Shown one piece after another: positions 1 through 15,100 of a stretch of 64,000 nucleotides of DNA; the first letter of the stretch is position 1, and each line of letters begins with the position of its first letter. The DNA is from Catajapyx aquilonaris (taxonomy: Eukaryota), in NCBI GenBank assembly GCA_000934665.2, contig KZ538144.1:1-64000 (forward strand). The letters are read 5' to 3'. A program made the translations under genes and the position numbers. The notes under the pieces were generated by a model that made no database searches, was not told where the DNA came from, and saw only the letters and a program-made list of their open reading frames with translations.

Positions 1-2582
1 GGGGGGGGGGATGGAAAATAGTGAAAAGGAGTATACTTAATTTATGGACGGTCCCTAAACGCGGTATACAAACGGAAAAAACTGAGTCATAATGTTCGAC
101 CCGTCGAGGGATTGATCGATGTGACATTTTTTTTTGCATTCGAAATTCTAAGAACTTCGTTATGTGAAGCAGTATCAATTGTCTAAACATGCTTATAAAA
201 CCTTGTGTAAAATCATAATCAACCAATACATCGGAAGATCTGAAATGCAGAAATATCAGGCACATTGGAATGATTTCCAGATGTTTGAACATTACATGGT
301 CCCTTATGAATCTGGATATTTTTAAAAAACTCTTCTATAATAAATTATATAGTATGAGCTACCCTTCCAGAACTACATATACACATTGCCTAACTCAATT
401 TTGACCGAAGTATCGGCCCACCGAAGTGTGAAGATAAAAGTAAAATATACTGTCATTACTGAGGCTCTACAGGGTAGTAGTGCAAAATGTGTTCATTTGC
501 ATGAGATATTTCATTCCTCGCGTGATTCTGCTACAATAAATTAAAACGTAGTATTTTTCATATCCCAATGGCAATGTTAGTACCCTTCACACGATATTGA
601 GACAAAACTAGTTTGAACGAGTGCAGTTTAGGAGTTTAGGCAGCAGAGAAGAACAAGTTTACTCTCAGTCTCCACTAGAATTAGTCAAAAGTGGAGTCTT
701 CGGCGGGTGTTGACCCCGATTGACCCTCCATGTTGAGGTATCCCGGGAATTCACCTCCAGGACTCTCAACACTGTTATCCACCTACCTATATTTAGAAAG
801 AGCAATTTGTGACCAAATCTCATGCCATGTGTTCAGTCCAAAATATCACCGATATCTGGATTATCGGAATCAACACCATATTATGACCATATGAAAGTAA
901 ACTCCGAAATTTAATTAATGACATGCACAATACTCTTGGCAGGTTACGGATTTCCCTTTTTTATCAGATGTTATTTATGCTCTAGCGTTGTTACAAGACA
1001 TTCGCAGATGCCGAAACGTATAACAAAACTGCATAGATGACCGTGGAAAACTGGATCACACAAGAATTTTATTGTACCGTACATAGATATGTTTCAGTGC
1101 GAAAAGGCTGTAGAGGAATGGCTTGGGAAAGAATACTTTAAATATGTAATAGGCCTACATTTGGAGAAAGTACCGGTATCCGGTTCATTCCGTTTCTCTC
1201 ACTACTACAAAGTGCTATCTGTTTCTAACTTTACCTTTCAAAGCCTGACCTTTGGAGAATGCGTATGTAGCTCTGTAGTCTGTACCCAAGAAAATCGTTC
1301 ACCATGAACATTACTATTTATTACTATTGAATATTATTATTTAAAATTTCACTATCAGTGTTAAGGCACCATTTTTCCGACTTGCCATTGGGACTTCACC
1401 ATCCGTCACCCCTGCTAACGTGACGCATTTTCTGGAAGATCTGGGGCTTTCCACAAACGACTGTACAGTAGTTGGGTATCCATTTCGCCATGACAATGTA
1501 ACCTAGAGGGAAGTGGAAAAGTAACGCGACGCGCAGATTTAGTGGCATATACAGTATATATGACGAAAATTATAGAAAGATTTCGACAACGTGCCTGAAG
1601 TCATATCCTGTTTGTAAAATTCTCATTTTTATTCATATAATTATCTAAAAATTTTCTCAGTGGGAAATAAATTTTATCTGCCCATAAGACTACGGCGAGG
1701 CCAGTCTTGCATGACTCTACGTTGCTGATAAAAGACCTTCTATATGACACTACCGGCATCCTTGGAACCCATGATCTTCTTTTTTGCTTCCATTCTCATC
1801 CCAAATTTTTTTTGTTACAAACGTCGCAATGATGCGTCACACGATCGCACACTGCGCTCACAATAAAATCAAAATGAGTCGTCACATATTCACATGTTAC
1901 GTAATTCTACGCATGTAACCAACCCATAATGCGTAATTTTGAGGTCATCACACCAATAGCAAAAATTCACACAATTAGCATATATAGTCGCAAGTACTCT
2001 TTGTCTCAAAACGTATAAAAAGACGATGCTCCCAAAAGTCTTCCGTGCTAGCATGGGCAGTCCGACCTTGAATATGAACCCAGGTGACCACCGGTACAAC
2101 AGGTGGGAGAGGAAGGTGGGGTGGAAGGAATCTCTGACTTCCATCGAAAGGCCTTGAAGGAACTTGCCTTCTATTCTTCAGGTGGCACTGGTGTAGGGGG
2201 GGNTGTCGAGTCAGAAGTATCATTTGGCCACATCACATGGTCATTTGTATGTGAAAATGCAGGCTGTGATAAGTTATTTGATTATGAATTTGCGGTGCGG
2301 TTTGTATTTGGCGCGCGAATTGTCTTCTAACATTTGGAAGACCGGCAGGGATCATCCAGGTATGACCAACATTTGTTTACTTTTGGGTGGTGGTAGTTTA
2401 GAGAAGGAAAACTTCTTTCTTTTCTTTTTTTTTTTGCAGGACCGTTATATGCCTCTAATTAGTGGTTCTGTAAGGGAGATTAATTTTAGAACTTTCGCGC
2501 TACTGGACTTCCGGCAATGGAGCGACAGACTTTCCTGTAGAATATTCATGGAGTAAATTCAAGTATTTAATACTTGTGGATA

Positions 2583-2750
2583 TACTGTAAATTGGGGTGA
2601 GATTGTGCCAGCGCATTTTGTTTAGACAACAGTGCGCCCCTACCGCGAATTTTACTCATCATTGCCAACCTTGACCATACCTATAAATATACGCCTGCAG
2701 CCACTGGTGTCGAAAAATCCGTTGGCACAATCTCACCCCAATTGCCGGTA
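2583..2750. mobile_element. Tc1/pogo-type MITE, copy 1
   Basis: TIRs ...TTGGGGTGAGATTGTGCCA / TGGCACAATCTCACCCCAA..., TA flanks; internal sequence shared with 7504-7709. Confidence 0.75.
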
Positions 2751-3141
2751 TCGTCGTCAGTCGTCAAATGAATACTTGATCGATCATTTTACTGTGTCAA
2801 TGATCAAGTCAGTTTTCTGACATCCATACAGTGTGATGAAAATATCTCACACGAATTATTAAAGATTCAACTCTGATCGTTCCGCATTTCAGATCCCTAA
2901 TTAGCTAAAAATGGTGATTCATACCTGTGTGAACCAAACTCTCAGCTCTGTATTTCCCATTACAGCTATCAGTGTATATATATTTTTTCCCCTGTTCCCA
3001 CACTTAAGACACATTGATATAGTCGGTATAAATTGCGTCATTTAATCTAGACCTTTCCTCAATAATTAATCGTAGGATAGGCTTTACGTATAGAGATAAT
3101 ACCGGTAGGGACTTGAAGGCGCGAATAGGGCGGGAAAACCC

Positions 3142-5840
3142 ATGCACTTGGACATTGGGAAGCTGGTCACGATCAAGGAGACCATCTTATTTACATATTT
3201 CCTGGCACGTGAGAATCACTCAGCGTTACTTAAGTTGGGTCTAAAAATGAGGTAGAAATAAGGATAAGTTGGATGAATTCGCAATGCATGTGAGCATTTT
3301 TGCATATGTATTCTTGATCTTGGCCGCACTAATGGAGTAGACGTGACGGAAGCACCCTATAATTAAACCTCTTTTATTATGCAGGATATGAAAGCAGAAA
3401 AGGAGAAGTGGCGGTCATCACAGGAGGAAACAGAGGCATAGGGGAAGTTTTGGTGAAGAAGCTGTTGCAGTGTGACATGCACGTCATCATGGGTAACTAT
3501 ATTGGCGACCTTCAAAAGTTTCTTTTCATGTGGACTAAGCTTGCAAGTCAAAAAGGCGCAATCGCGTTAGGGGATTGCGCAATATTTTATACAATCCAGT
3601 ACCTGTATGACCAGTACATAAGATACAATAAATGACTCGAGGTACATGTTACCTAATGATGATAAAAAAACCCGTGACAGGCTGGGTGATTCCCTGACCT
3701 GTTACAATACAAACATAACACGTCATGTACTGACTATCACAAAGGTTGTCGCGACGTATCATCTGGTCAACGGGCTGTAGAAAGGATTCGAAAAGATGGT
3801 GTGACCACCGGAACTCATGACGTTTTTCATCTGGACATGGGCAGCCTGGAATCAGTCCGTAATTTCGCCACATCTGTCCAAAATCTGAACGTCCCCGTAC
3901 ACCTCTTACTGAACAACGGTATAGTTAATTTCAACACTTTCCTTCCGGAAAAACCCCTGCTCTTAAGAAATATCAAGGATAACCAGGTTTGACATTACCC
4001 GTCCAATTTTGCAGCCGGGATCATGATTGTCCCATACGAGATGACCAAGGACGGCCTCGAATCGCAGTTCCAGGTCAACTACTTGTCTCATTTCCTTCTG
4101 ACACACCTGTTGTTGCCACAACTTCGTCAGGGTGGAAATGCTAAGAGATACGCCCGAGTTGTCAATGTCACATCCGGAGCACACTATGCCTCGCATGTCC
4201 ATCTTGAAGACCTTCAGCTCAAGTGAGTTATTTTGTTTCATTTTCTTATCGTTATGACTTGTTTTCCTAGTTACCAGCATAGTATGTTGCGCAATAATAG
4301 TACTTTGGGCATGTTGTGGTTTTTTTATGATCGTGGTTATTGCTGGCATGAGAATGTCTTGTTCTCTCACGGTTGATGAGTCTTATTTTGCACAGCGCGA
4401 TTCGTATAGTCGCGAAGGTTAACATATTAGGAAAACTGTGACGATATTGCCCGGATACTTAGCTTTCCTTACAGGTCTACTGATTCGGTCATGCATTATG
4501 GAATATAGTAGGCTCTACCTGACAAGTAAACATGTCATGCAGAGAATAAGAAACAAGAAGGCCATTGCTTATTATGTAAAAAAAAAAATTCACACGAGGC
4601 TCACGACGAACACGCGCGAAATAACACGTGCTCACGTGATAATTTTGGCCATCCGGAAGCACGCGAAATGAATCGAAATAGCTCGAATTCATCCGGACTC
4701 TCCCGAATTCATCCGGATTTTTTTTTCCATGAATTTCAGAGGACTGCACAGCCCTGAATTGGCCTACGGACATTCCAAGCTTCTTCAAACCATGTTCAGT
4801 AACTACCTGAATCAGAAGCTGGAGGAGGAAGGTTCCATGGTGAGGTCATACGCAGTACACCCGGGTGTGGTCTTCACTGACCTCTACAACACCATCTGGT
4901 GGGTCTCCACTTTCCCAAAATTGGCCAAGGCCTTTTTCATGGTAAGTTGTTCCTCCATTGACTTGCGTCTGTCTCCTTCCGCCTATTAAGATGTCTAAAT
5001 AGGTTCTCTTTTGTGACTATGGCAGCTTGAATGCCAACTCTTATTTCGGCATGTGACATGTCGTAATCAAGACAACCTTCACGCAAATTGAATTCTATAC
5101 GCGGTCCTACATACGATTCTGCTCGAATAGACGGGTACTATGTAGGTTAAGAACATACTGTCGGATTTAGGTTAAGACCGTGTCGAATTGCAGGGAACCG
5201 TAAAAATTCGGAGTCAAAAGGTTGCCTGGTAGTAAAAGGCTCCTGTAGGTGGTGCAGATTCATGGAATAACCATGCGTAATGGATGCTACCGAATCCGAA
5301 TCGTAATGGAATTTGCATTTTGTTACACGCGAAATACCCGTGAGAACAACCAATGTGGGAATACCGAGATCCACCTCAACGGCGAGCTTGAGTGATTATT
5401 GGGTAGCCTTCCAGAAGTCCAGATTTCCTAAGGACAATGCGACCTAATTAGCAGTTGAGCACGAACTTGAGCAACAATGACTCCAGACGATTATTTCCTG
5501 GGAATAAGAGGACACCAGGAATATACGATGTCACAAAAAAAAAAAAAAAATCAGTGGCACAAGGATATCCACAGAGCCTTACACCACTTTTTTCATACGT
5601 CTTGTACGAAATGGCATATTCATATGACCACTATTTAGTGGCCTTGCTAACTTCCGATTGATATACCGGTACCTAATAAGAACATAATTGAGGTAGATTT
5701 GAACTTGAAGCATGTTGCGGTTAGGGATCACCTTGATTAATTTTAAAATGTTATTTAATCCAGATATGCCTGAATTATTTTTGTTAATTTTTTTAAATAT
5801 TTTATGAGCAAATGAAGAACATCATGATTAAAAATCCTAT

Positions 5841-5905
<65 letters not shown>

Positions 5906-8900
5906 TCATAATTCATACCCCATTATCAGCCGGCGGCTCTTTAGGGGGGATATATATTTTTTTGACTGGAACTCTTCGTTTCGTTTTTACTGCGCTTTTT
6001 GGGATAGGATAGGAAAAGAAGGAGGCGGCTGTGGCCTATTAGTTTAGGAAACAACTCCGGAATTCTCCTGGAGGAACCGTGAGAAACCACAGAAAACCAC
6101 GGTTAGAGTTGCCGGCACCGGGATAAAATCCTATATATAGGATATCAGGCATATATGGGTTTAATGCAATTTTGTTAAATTACTGACGTCACTCTCGGCC
6201 GAACCCCACGTCACGGTCCGTCACGTTGAACATCAACCACCGTGACGCACTTTATAATCACTATCCTACACGTTATGCAAATAATTGCCGCAAAATATAT
6301 GCAGATTGCCGCCAGTTGAATTAGCATCATTGCACAACATGCCAGTACGTATGGCAATTAACGCAATCGGAGTCATATATAAGAAACCCCATTTTTGGCG
6401 GAAGGAAGGTGAACAGGTTATGCCGATATATTTGCAATTCTATTCAAATCGCCGGATATCCTGCGCAAGGATCTGGCCACAAAGGCGAGAGAATCGACCT
6501 GAGTCTGTACCCCACTGCAATTATCATAAGAGTATGTAGAACAACCGGCGTGTTTCCCCGTGACGATTCCTCACTTACACGAGAACAAACGAAGGTCGAA
6601 ATAGAGTGTACTTTTATGGCTCTTTTAATTATTATACGGACACCTCAAGTCGTGATGCTCATTTAAACTTTTTTTTCTCTCAATGTCTACGTGTATTTTC
6701 AGCATGATATACGCACAGAGTGTGAGAAAATTGTCGCTTAATTACAATGCGACAACAGGGTGATACCTTCGAAGTATTTGGGAAAAGGTGACTGAATTGC
6801 AGTTGGCTGACCACATTCCCAACTTCGCCTAATTGGGGTAGGCCCCAGCATCATAGGAATTGCCCTTTTTTTCATCATCATTTTGCTTTTCTTTTGTCTG
6901 CTTCACATGATCCTGACCGACGAACCTTGAGGGACCTTCAGTTCAAGGGCGCACGTTGATCTTTCAAAACATGCTTCTCTATTAAGCAGAAGCACGCCAT
7001 TTATTTATTTCCAGATTAGTCAGCACGTAAAGACGTATGCTAACATCATAATTATATAACCAGGTGAAATATTTATATTCTTTTCTCGTAACACGGCTGT
7101 ACATGTATCATATCACTGACCATAGTTATACACGCTATTGCACACTTCTCCAGTGTAATGGTACATTTTTTTTAAAATGTTACTTGCCACTATCAGCAAT
7201 AGGCACATTCCCAGTATGAGACGGGCACGTGCCTACAACGGCACTTGGTGTATGAACCTTCCATTTAACCTTGCAAAAATTCAGCGAGACAATGCTGTCG
7301 TGCTGCTGAGAGCGACACACTTCTGCACAACGAAAGTTCTCATCCACGTGCTGTCTACAATTAAGAAAATGAAGAGTGCGACTAATTACTCTCTCACAGC
7401 TCCATTTATTCCTCTCATCACAATACTTCACAAACAGCGAAAATTCGCATAATGCCAAAATGAAACTTGCAACATCTGCATTTATACTTAGCACTCCATA
7501 CAGTACCGTCAACGGGGTGAGATTGTGCCAGAACATTTTTTTTTTGGGGGGGGGGGGNGACAACAGTGCGCCCTACCGCGAATTTTACTCGTCATTTCCA
7601 ACCTTGACCATCCCTCAATATAGTGAAATTCGCTAGTTTACGCATGCTGCCAGTAGGGCGCACTGTTGTCCAAAATTGCACTGGCACAATCTCACCCTTA
7701 TTGACGGTATATTATATTTCTTAATTCCACCCAGTTTTTGATACTATTAATTACAATATTATATACAAGTTTGCCATCAGTGTGCTAGTTTAAACCTCTC
7801 AGTAGTCCAAAAGTGGGTTAGGTAGCTGGGACATACAAACACACAGACAAAACGTTTATAAATTTATCAATATAGAGATGCAGGTTTTAGAGACCATTAT
7901 GTAGTTATTGGCCCAATCTTTTCCTTCTTGACTATAGACCTGTTAAGTAGGAAATTTCTGTCTGAGTGGCCACATATCCCTTCAAAGAGATGTTTTCCTC
8001 CTGGCAAGTTGGTCGCTTTTTATTTCTGTCACAATCCGGTCTCTCATCCGTGTCTGATGCGATGTCGGATAGTACGGTTAAGTAGCGTGGTTCAAGGTTT
8101 GGCAAGGTTTTCCTCGCAAAACTTTCAACGGCCAATACAAGGAGAAAGCGCGGCTTCCGATACCAGAACAATGCCAAGTGCAACAGAGCTGGAATTCAGG
8201 CGCTAAGTACATTAAACGACAACCGATTCAGAAAACCGAAAACAATAGCGCCCATTCACAGGGGATAATAATATGGAGGAGGGGGGGGGGGGGGGTGTTT
8301 AACATTGGGTTCACAGAAAAATAACAAGTGCAGGAGAGGGAAAGTCTTGTCGCAAATCCAGATTATGGGAAACGTGTAGACATCCCAAGACTTGTTAGTG
8401 CATGTGGTCTGATGTGTGGAACTTTTTTACACATTGAAAGAAATATGTAATTTGTTTCGCAATACTTGGCATCCGCTTGAGACATAGCTTATTTTGTACG
8501 TGTTAATGGGAATTGATAATACGTAGTTGCAATAGTGGAGGTTTTCAAGGTTTACCTTTGAATGGGTAGGGGGAAGGATAATTTACAATGTGATTCACCT
8601 AAACATATAAGGACGTGAAAGGGCGCTTTTCAAAAAACAATAATCAGGAGCTGAGTTTTTATGCAGATATTAGTTTTCCAAGCTAATAATACATCAACAA
8701 AACGGTCACCTCATTAACTCTTTATCATTTGACGATCTTGATTTACAGGAAACGAGAAATTGCACGATCATGCACGCTCACAAAAAAAAAGTTAGGCAAC
8801 CTGTAGGATGCCTACTAGTATGTTCGTAGCTCAACTACAATTTCTGGGTATAAAGATTGAGAACACCTAATAAATTAAAACCCAGAAATGCAGTGAACTT

Positions 8901-9813
8901 TGACAATGATCGTATTGATGACAATTGTAATTTTATGGCAGTAATCAAATGCGCCCAAATATAAACGCTACTTCCTTGCCAGTATCCTTTGTGTCCTGTT
9001 CAAATCACTGGCTATAGCAATGTGGAGGGCTGGTTGGTACAAGTAGCCAGTAACATAATGGGATTTGTTTAGTGACTCAACTAATGAGTGATTACACTTC
9101 ACGCGTCTTGTAAATGTTTGCCAAAACTACACACGAAAAGAAGAAAGTTTTCCCTTGTAAACATATGCAAATTACGTGTTGGACGCAGTGGTTAAAATTG
9201 AGGTGTCAATGACCCACTTTTTTCATTGCATTTCTTTACCGACGCTCCCTGCCTTGCGGGCAAATGGATTTTCCCCGACGACAGGCATCACGAAGTCATT
9301 CACGTTCCTAAACATGCGAATATCGCATAGCATGTCATATTTCATCACCTTCATGTGTTTATGCATGTTTTCATTTGAAAAACGCCATCACAGGTATGAC
9401 ACAGTTTCCAGTTAATGATTCACACATAAGCAGAGAACATACAAACAAAATGCAGAGGCAAGGACACACGAGCCAAAGTTGCTTAATTGCCAGTGCAATA
9501 ATGACAAGCAATGCGACTGCTGCTCCGAATAACCATGATCCAATTTTTCTTACAGACTGTAGATCAAGGTGCAGACACAGTCTTCTTCTCGGCTATGTCC
9601 CCAACTCTGGAACGCAAAGGTGGGCGCTATCTGGAGAACTGGGTGGAACGCATTCCCAACAAAGATGCTCTAGATATGGACAAGCTGCAGTCAATGTTCC
9701 AGCAGTCATGTGAAATGGTAAATGTCACCAACTTCTTTGGCAAGAATGGGGTAGTAAAGAATGAGCACAAAAATGGACACAAGAATGGCATCAACGGGAT
9801 TCATGTTGAATAA
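3142..9813 (+). CDS. DHRSX: Short-chain dehydrogenase/reductase, DHRSX/RDH12-like (~338 aa, 6 exons)
   Basis: Exons 3142-3208 (first exon uncertain), 3385-3492, 3745-3918, 4015-4222, 4740-4941, 9556-9813, all GT-AG and in phase. Classical SDR motifs: VAVITGGNRGIG, IMGCRD (Arg suggests NADP(H)), LDMGSLESV, LLNNAGIM, QVNYLSHFLL, VVNVTS, catalytic YGHSK, AVHPGVVFT. Confidence 0.88.
5904..6130 (-). mobile_element. SINE family B, copy truncated at the B box
   Basis: Collinear with 21900-22120 (GGCTCTTTAGGGGG, GGGATAGGATAGG, GCGGCTGTGGCCTATT, GAAAACCAC); the (AAT)n run at 5842-5905 is its tail. Confidence 0.8.
7504..7709. mobile_element. Tc1/pogo-type MITE, copy 2
   Basis: TIRs TACCGTCAACGGGGTGAGATTGTGCCAG / CTGGCACAATCTCACCCTTATTGACGGTA; shares GACAACAGTGCGCCCTACCGCGAATTTTACTC with copy 1. 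Confidence 0.8.
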
Positions 9814-12142
9814 ACCAGGAATAAGAATTAATGGTTGGTGTTAACAACCAAGTTTTCCTGATACCAAAATGGACTAGGAGAAAGAAAGTGGCTGAGCGGT
9901 AGTGGGAGATGGTTCATGTATTAACCGTGTAGTGGCAATGCCGCGCTGCTCACTCATAATATATCGCTTGGTCTGTACAGTGCATTACATGCCAATCAAG
10001 TTGCTTCCAGGATGCTACTTGGGAGTAAATTATGCAATAGCAAATACTGATCATCATGTATCATTATTTCATTGAGGAAGTGCTGCAGGATCTTAATCCC
10101 AACCAAAAACGGCCATGGATAATTGAAGACCCAGGAAAAACTCAGATATAAATGAAGTGACCTTCCCAGCCAAGAATTAGTAGTAGTTGGCAGCCTTGCC
10201 TTTTTGTATGAACCAATCATATAAATAATAACAAAAACAAGCTGTGAATTAATGACACTAACAATGTACAGGATGTTTGCAGAAATAAAGTGTTCCTGGA
10301 TGAAATACGACAGAAATGAGTAAGACTGTGAATATCATCTGCAAAATAAAATTTTACTCAAGCTTTTACAACTAACTGGAATTAAGATGGTTACAGGACA
10401 ACTCTTCTTGAAAATGCAGCATACAAAAAGCATATTAAGTGCCCAACTCTTTTTTGTCATGGAGACAGGAGAAAAAAAATCTCATTACCAGTTTGCTGCT
10501 TTTTAACCAGTGTCACTAACCAACCCTCACCACCACCCTTATTCACTGGTTGATGCGGATGATGGTAACAAAGGGTTATGCCATTGGTTAAAAAGTCTGG
10601 CAAGTAGGATATAGTTAGCTTGGGAGTATTTACAACTTCGTCGCAGTTCCTCTTTTGATCACCAAACAATACTGTATGTCAAAAGTAAGTGACATTCCTT
10701 TGTACTCAAAGTCCCAAAACAATATCAGCGATTGTGCATCACAACAAAAATCCACGACTCAGCTTGATAAAAAATCACAGATGAAAAACTTCAAAAAATG
10801 AGTGGACCCACACAATTTCTCCACCATATTGCCACAGTCAAGTCCATTGATTATTGTTAATAATCACTGATTTCACAGTGTCAACCAAACCCAATCAACA
10901 AACCTTACATATACAAACAAGGATAAATACATTGCTCCTATATAGACCATCACAATATTTGTGTGGCAATCCTTAACTACCACTCATAAATTCATCAGGA
11001 ACTAATTAGAAAGAGTGCAATGAACAGAAAATATTGTCAACACCTGAGTAGTACTAAAAAAGCATAACCACAGCACTTATGTACTCTTTCAATTTAAACC
11101 TTTCAAATAACATAATGGAGACTAGGTGGAAGGAAATAACAATTACATTTAGTCATTGGTCTACTGACTACATGATGAGAGACTAGCACATTACTTTTTT
11201 GTTGATGTTGTGTCGGCTTCAAATCCCAACAATTCTCAGTTGCTGGGGGAGGGGGTCCCTTAAAAAACGCAAGCTAACCCAAAAAATGTGTGTAACAGTT
11301 CATAGTTAGATTGGTCTTGGTTAAACATTAAGTACAGTATCTACACACAACTCTGCAGAGTGTGGAAAATTAAATAAAAAGTAACAGCTTATTTACAGTC
11401 ATTTGCAATACTGCTAGTAGCAATTATGGAAAACGCAAGCATCCTGCAAAACGTTTTAAATGCACATTGTACAACAATTGGCATTTTACACATCCTGCAA
11501 TCACTTTTGTTCATATCAAATCAGAATTGACAATGAATTTTTACTCAAACTGGATTGCATGAAAAATGTTAAAATATTGACACTTTCAAGACCTTTTCTG
11601 TTCTGATATGACCTCTTTGGATGCAATAATTCACCAACATTTCAATTCATCAATCTGATTCAAAATTTTGTAACATTAATGCAGGCTACAAAACTGATAC
11701 AAATTAGCAGCAAACATTTCATTTCGAGCAAAAGTAATGCTGTGTTCCCCATTATCAAAAAATTAAGCAGTCTTTACTGAATGAAAATAAACTGAGACAA
11801 TGCAGCAAGGTAACATCAAGTCCAGTCCAAAACATTACAACGCCACTGCACTCCCAGTAGCTTGAGTACAAAAAACACATCTTCGAGTGTAAAGGAAGAT
11901 TACTAGATGCTAACCCTACGTTTGGCACCTGGTGTTTCAACTCTGGATTTTGACGCTGGTTTACAAACAAACAGTAACTCAGCAACGCTGAATAAAAACA
12001 ACATTACTCCACATTGACATAACCAATTCAGTTTTTAAAAAAGTGACAAAACCAAAAGTCAACTACTCCGCACTAGGTCTCACAATCCACACTTTTCCGC
12101 AATGTCACATCACTGGTATGCAAATTTAATATCAATATTTCT

Positions 12143-15100
12143 TTATGTAAACCTTCCACAGCAGCCTTCATCAACTGCAGTGCTTTTGCCATTTAGGGCC
12201 GGAAGTGAGCCACTGCCATCGTATCGGGGTAGCTCTTTCGCTCTTGCCTGCTGTAAGAGTACATTGGTGTGATGCTTAGCAAAATTATCACATGTGCATG
12301 TATAACGGATATTAAGATGAAGTATCACAAACCTTCCCACCATATTTTGACACTTTCCTACTCCCATACAGTGACTACCACACTTTTACCAACATTCTCT
12401 TTTCAGAAAGCCAATGTCCTGTCAACTTCTACCAGGATTTATGCAAGTCCAATCACAAATAACATTATTATAATTATAATTACCAACATTATTTTTAAAA
12501 CAGATGTGGTCGAATGATCAGAACAAAAATGAGAATCCTTTAAATTATTCATACATGTTACAAGTATGTGAGTCCCTTTAGATATAGAAAATTTTGCTTG
12601 AAGCTGTCCTTTTTTGCAGCTTGTTGCACCCCAATGCAGGTGCCCTATTCTATAGCAACTGCTACATTGACTGCAACCTGGGACTAATGGGGCACCTGGA
12701 TTGGAGCACAACAAGCTACACAAAAATTACTCCATCAGAAGATACTAGCAATAACTAAAAACAACCCTGACACTTGGAACACCCTGTATAATATTGTGAA
12801 ATTGTAACCATTTGCTGGGTTCTAGGGATAAAACAGTTAATGATAACTTTCAAATGTGAAAACATCACAAAAACAAGCCAAATGATACCATGAGCTTTAT
12901 AATTGCACACTATTTGCCAAAGTGGCATGAAAGTGACTAATCACACACCCATGCACTCCATGTCCCATGCAGTGCGTTTGTGCAGTTAAAACATGCAGGG
13001 TGAAATACTAATATCTCCAGGGGAGGCGTGGTGGCCGAGATAGTAACGTCTCGGCTTGCTGAGTGAAAGGTCCTGGGTTCATCAATCAATTCAATCAATC
13101 AATCGATTTTATTTTAACCTCCCTATATAAGCATAGGGAGGGACTCAACTCTTTTTCGTAATCATACAGTTGGTGTTACAAGATGTTTCTATGCCATTTG
13201 GCCACATACGACAAAAATAGGTAGATCGCCTTCTGTTGTTCTATGGATGGTTCGTGTAGGATATGACAGATATTTAATCCTGGGTTCGGTCCCAGGAGTT
13301 CCCTTTCACCTGTGTCAGGAGGGTCTCTGACCCGCACCGTGGAGGTGTCTGGCAACCTAACTTCCAGAGAGACTGCACACGACCCATTTACCGACATTGC
13401 ACTTCCACCCATGTCTCCTCCCCATAAATCCCCATCCTTACCCTACATGCTTACATCCCTGCACGGAGTTTGAGGATATACACAGAAAATTGAATGAGAA
13501 AATATGGTGGTGTTCCACTCCCCTAAGAGAGCCCAAGGCTCTATCAGTGTATAAAAAATAAATAATGACAATTATATTAAAAATACTGATATCTCCATCC
13601 CACAAGAATTCTAATCTGCAAAACAGATAACATTAATGCAGGAGGAGGGCATTAAATCTTCTCAGGTGACTGAAGGTGGAAGATGGAATCAAAAATGTGG
13701 CAGTAGCAGCACTTGACCAGGCTGGTCACCATCCAAGGCATTTTCTGATGGTTGCTATAACCAATTTTTATGGCATGAAATTGCCTTCATTAGCTTGCTC
13801 CAGAACTAATCATCAGTGAAATATCCAGTGAACAGTGCATACAGAAAGTCAGGTTCTATAACCAAGCTGCACAATCGCCCTGCCACGCATGCACATATTG
13901 TCCTTATCTGTGAAGATATTTTTCACAAGTGGATTTTCATGATCCTTAATGTAATCTGTCAATGTCTTAATGATATGCATGACATCCAAATGATCATTAA
14001 TTCCTTATCACATGGTGCTGAAAAACTCTTAGCACTCTCAATATTGTTTGTGATTTTAAATATAAATGCTGAGTTAATGGAACTGGGACTCAACCAAAGT
14101 GGGCCCCAGGAGATTGAGTGTTAAGTGATAAGTTACCAGTACTTCAGATTATTTGCTAGCCTTATTCCTCACAAGTGGCTGACCACAAACAGATTCATAT
14201 TTCCCAATTTTGACTGCCTGCAAGAGGTGACATTGGCATTGTCGATCAAAGAATAGTTAACGTGAAAATATGAGTTACGGTACTAACTTGGATATGAAGA
14301 AAGTTATGTACCAAATTCACAAGGAAAGGATTTATTCGACCATAACATTTGAGGGGTGTGGGGGAAAAACATGATAACTGACAAAAGAGTAATTTTTCAG
14401 GAGAGCGAATTGAAGTTTGAATTTGCTTAACAAATCATAGGGAATTCTGGTTGTGATCTAGTCCGTGTGGCCGTCTCATGCATGATACATGAACTTGGAG
14501 TATACCAAACTGTTTGTCATGTCTTATAATATAGTTGCTAGGTGTTTAGGTAAAAAATGACAAAAATGTCAGTTATCATGTTTTTCCCCCACAGCCCTCA
14601 TTTCTACTCAACCTGTTGAAAATTGCATGCAGTAATCTTGACACTTCTTAATATTACACTAGTTACATTGCAGCCATCTAACAACCAAACCAAACCAATC
14701 TTGCAAATGTATTGGAATGCTGGCTTACAAACTACTTCACAATATGTTCATGCACCTTCCTACCACAAGGAACTTCATTAATACTTAATTCATGCATGAT
14801 GGAATAATACAATGTCATAGCAGGTAATTCACTCTTCTCTACTGCCAAGTACAGTTGACTCTGGATATAAGAGACTTGAACGGACCACGAAAATCTGTAT
14901 CCTATAACTAAGTATCCTATATCCAAATACACAGGCCATATATGGAAGTATGCCGGGACCAGCCTTTCCTGTTGACTATAATAACCAAGGGATTACAACC
15001 TTTATCCACCACACCCTTCATTTGTTAACCCCCACAAGGCGAAGTTTGTGCCTAAATCAAGTTAAGATTTCCCACTGCACTGCCTACATATTAAAGGCAG

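Noticed and set aside
1890..2340. GC-richer patch with short ORFs upstream of DHRSX
   Set aside because: No consistent frame or recognisable product; it may be UTR or repeat sequence.
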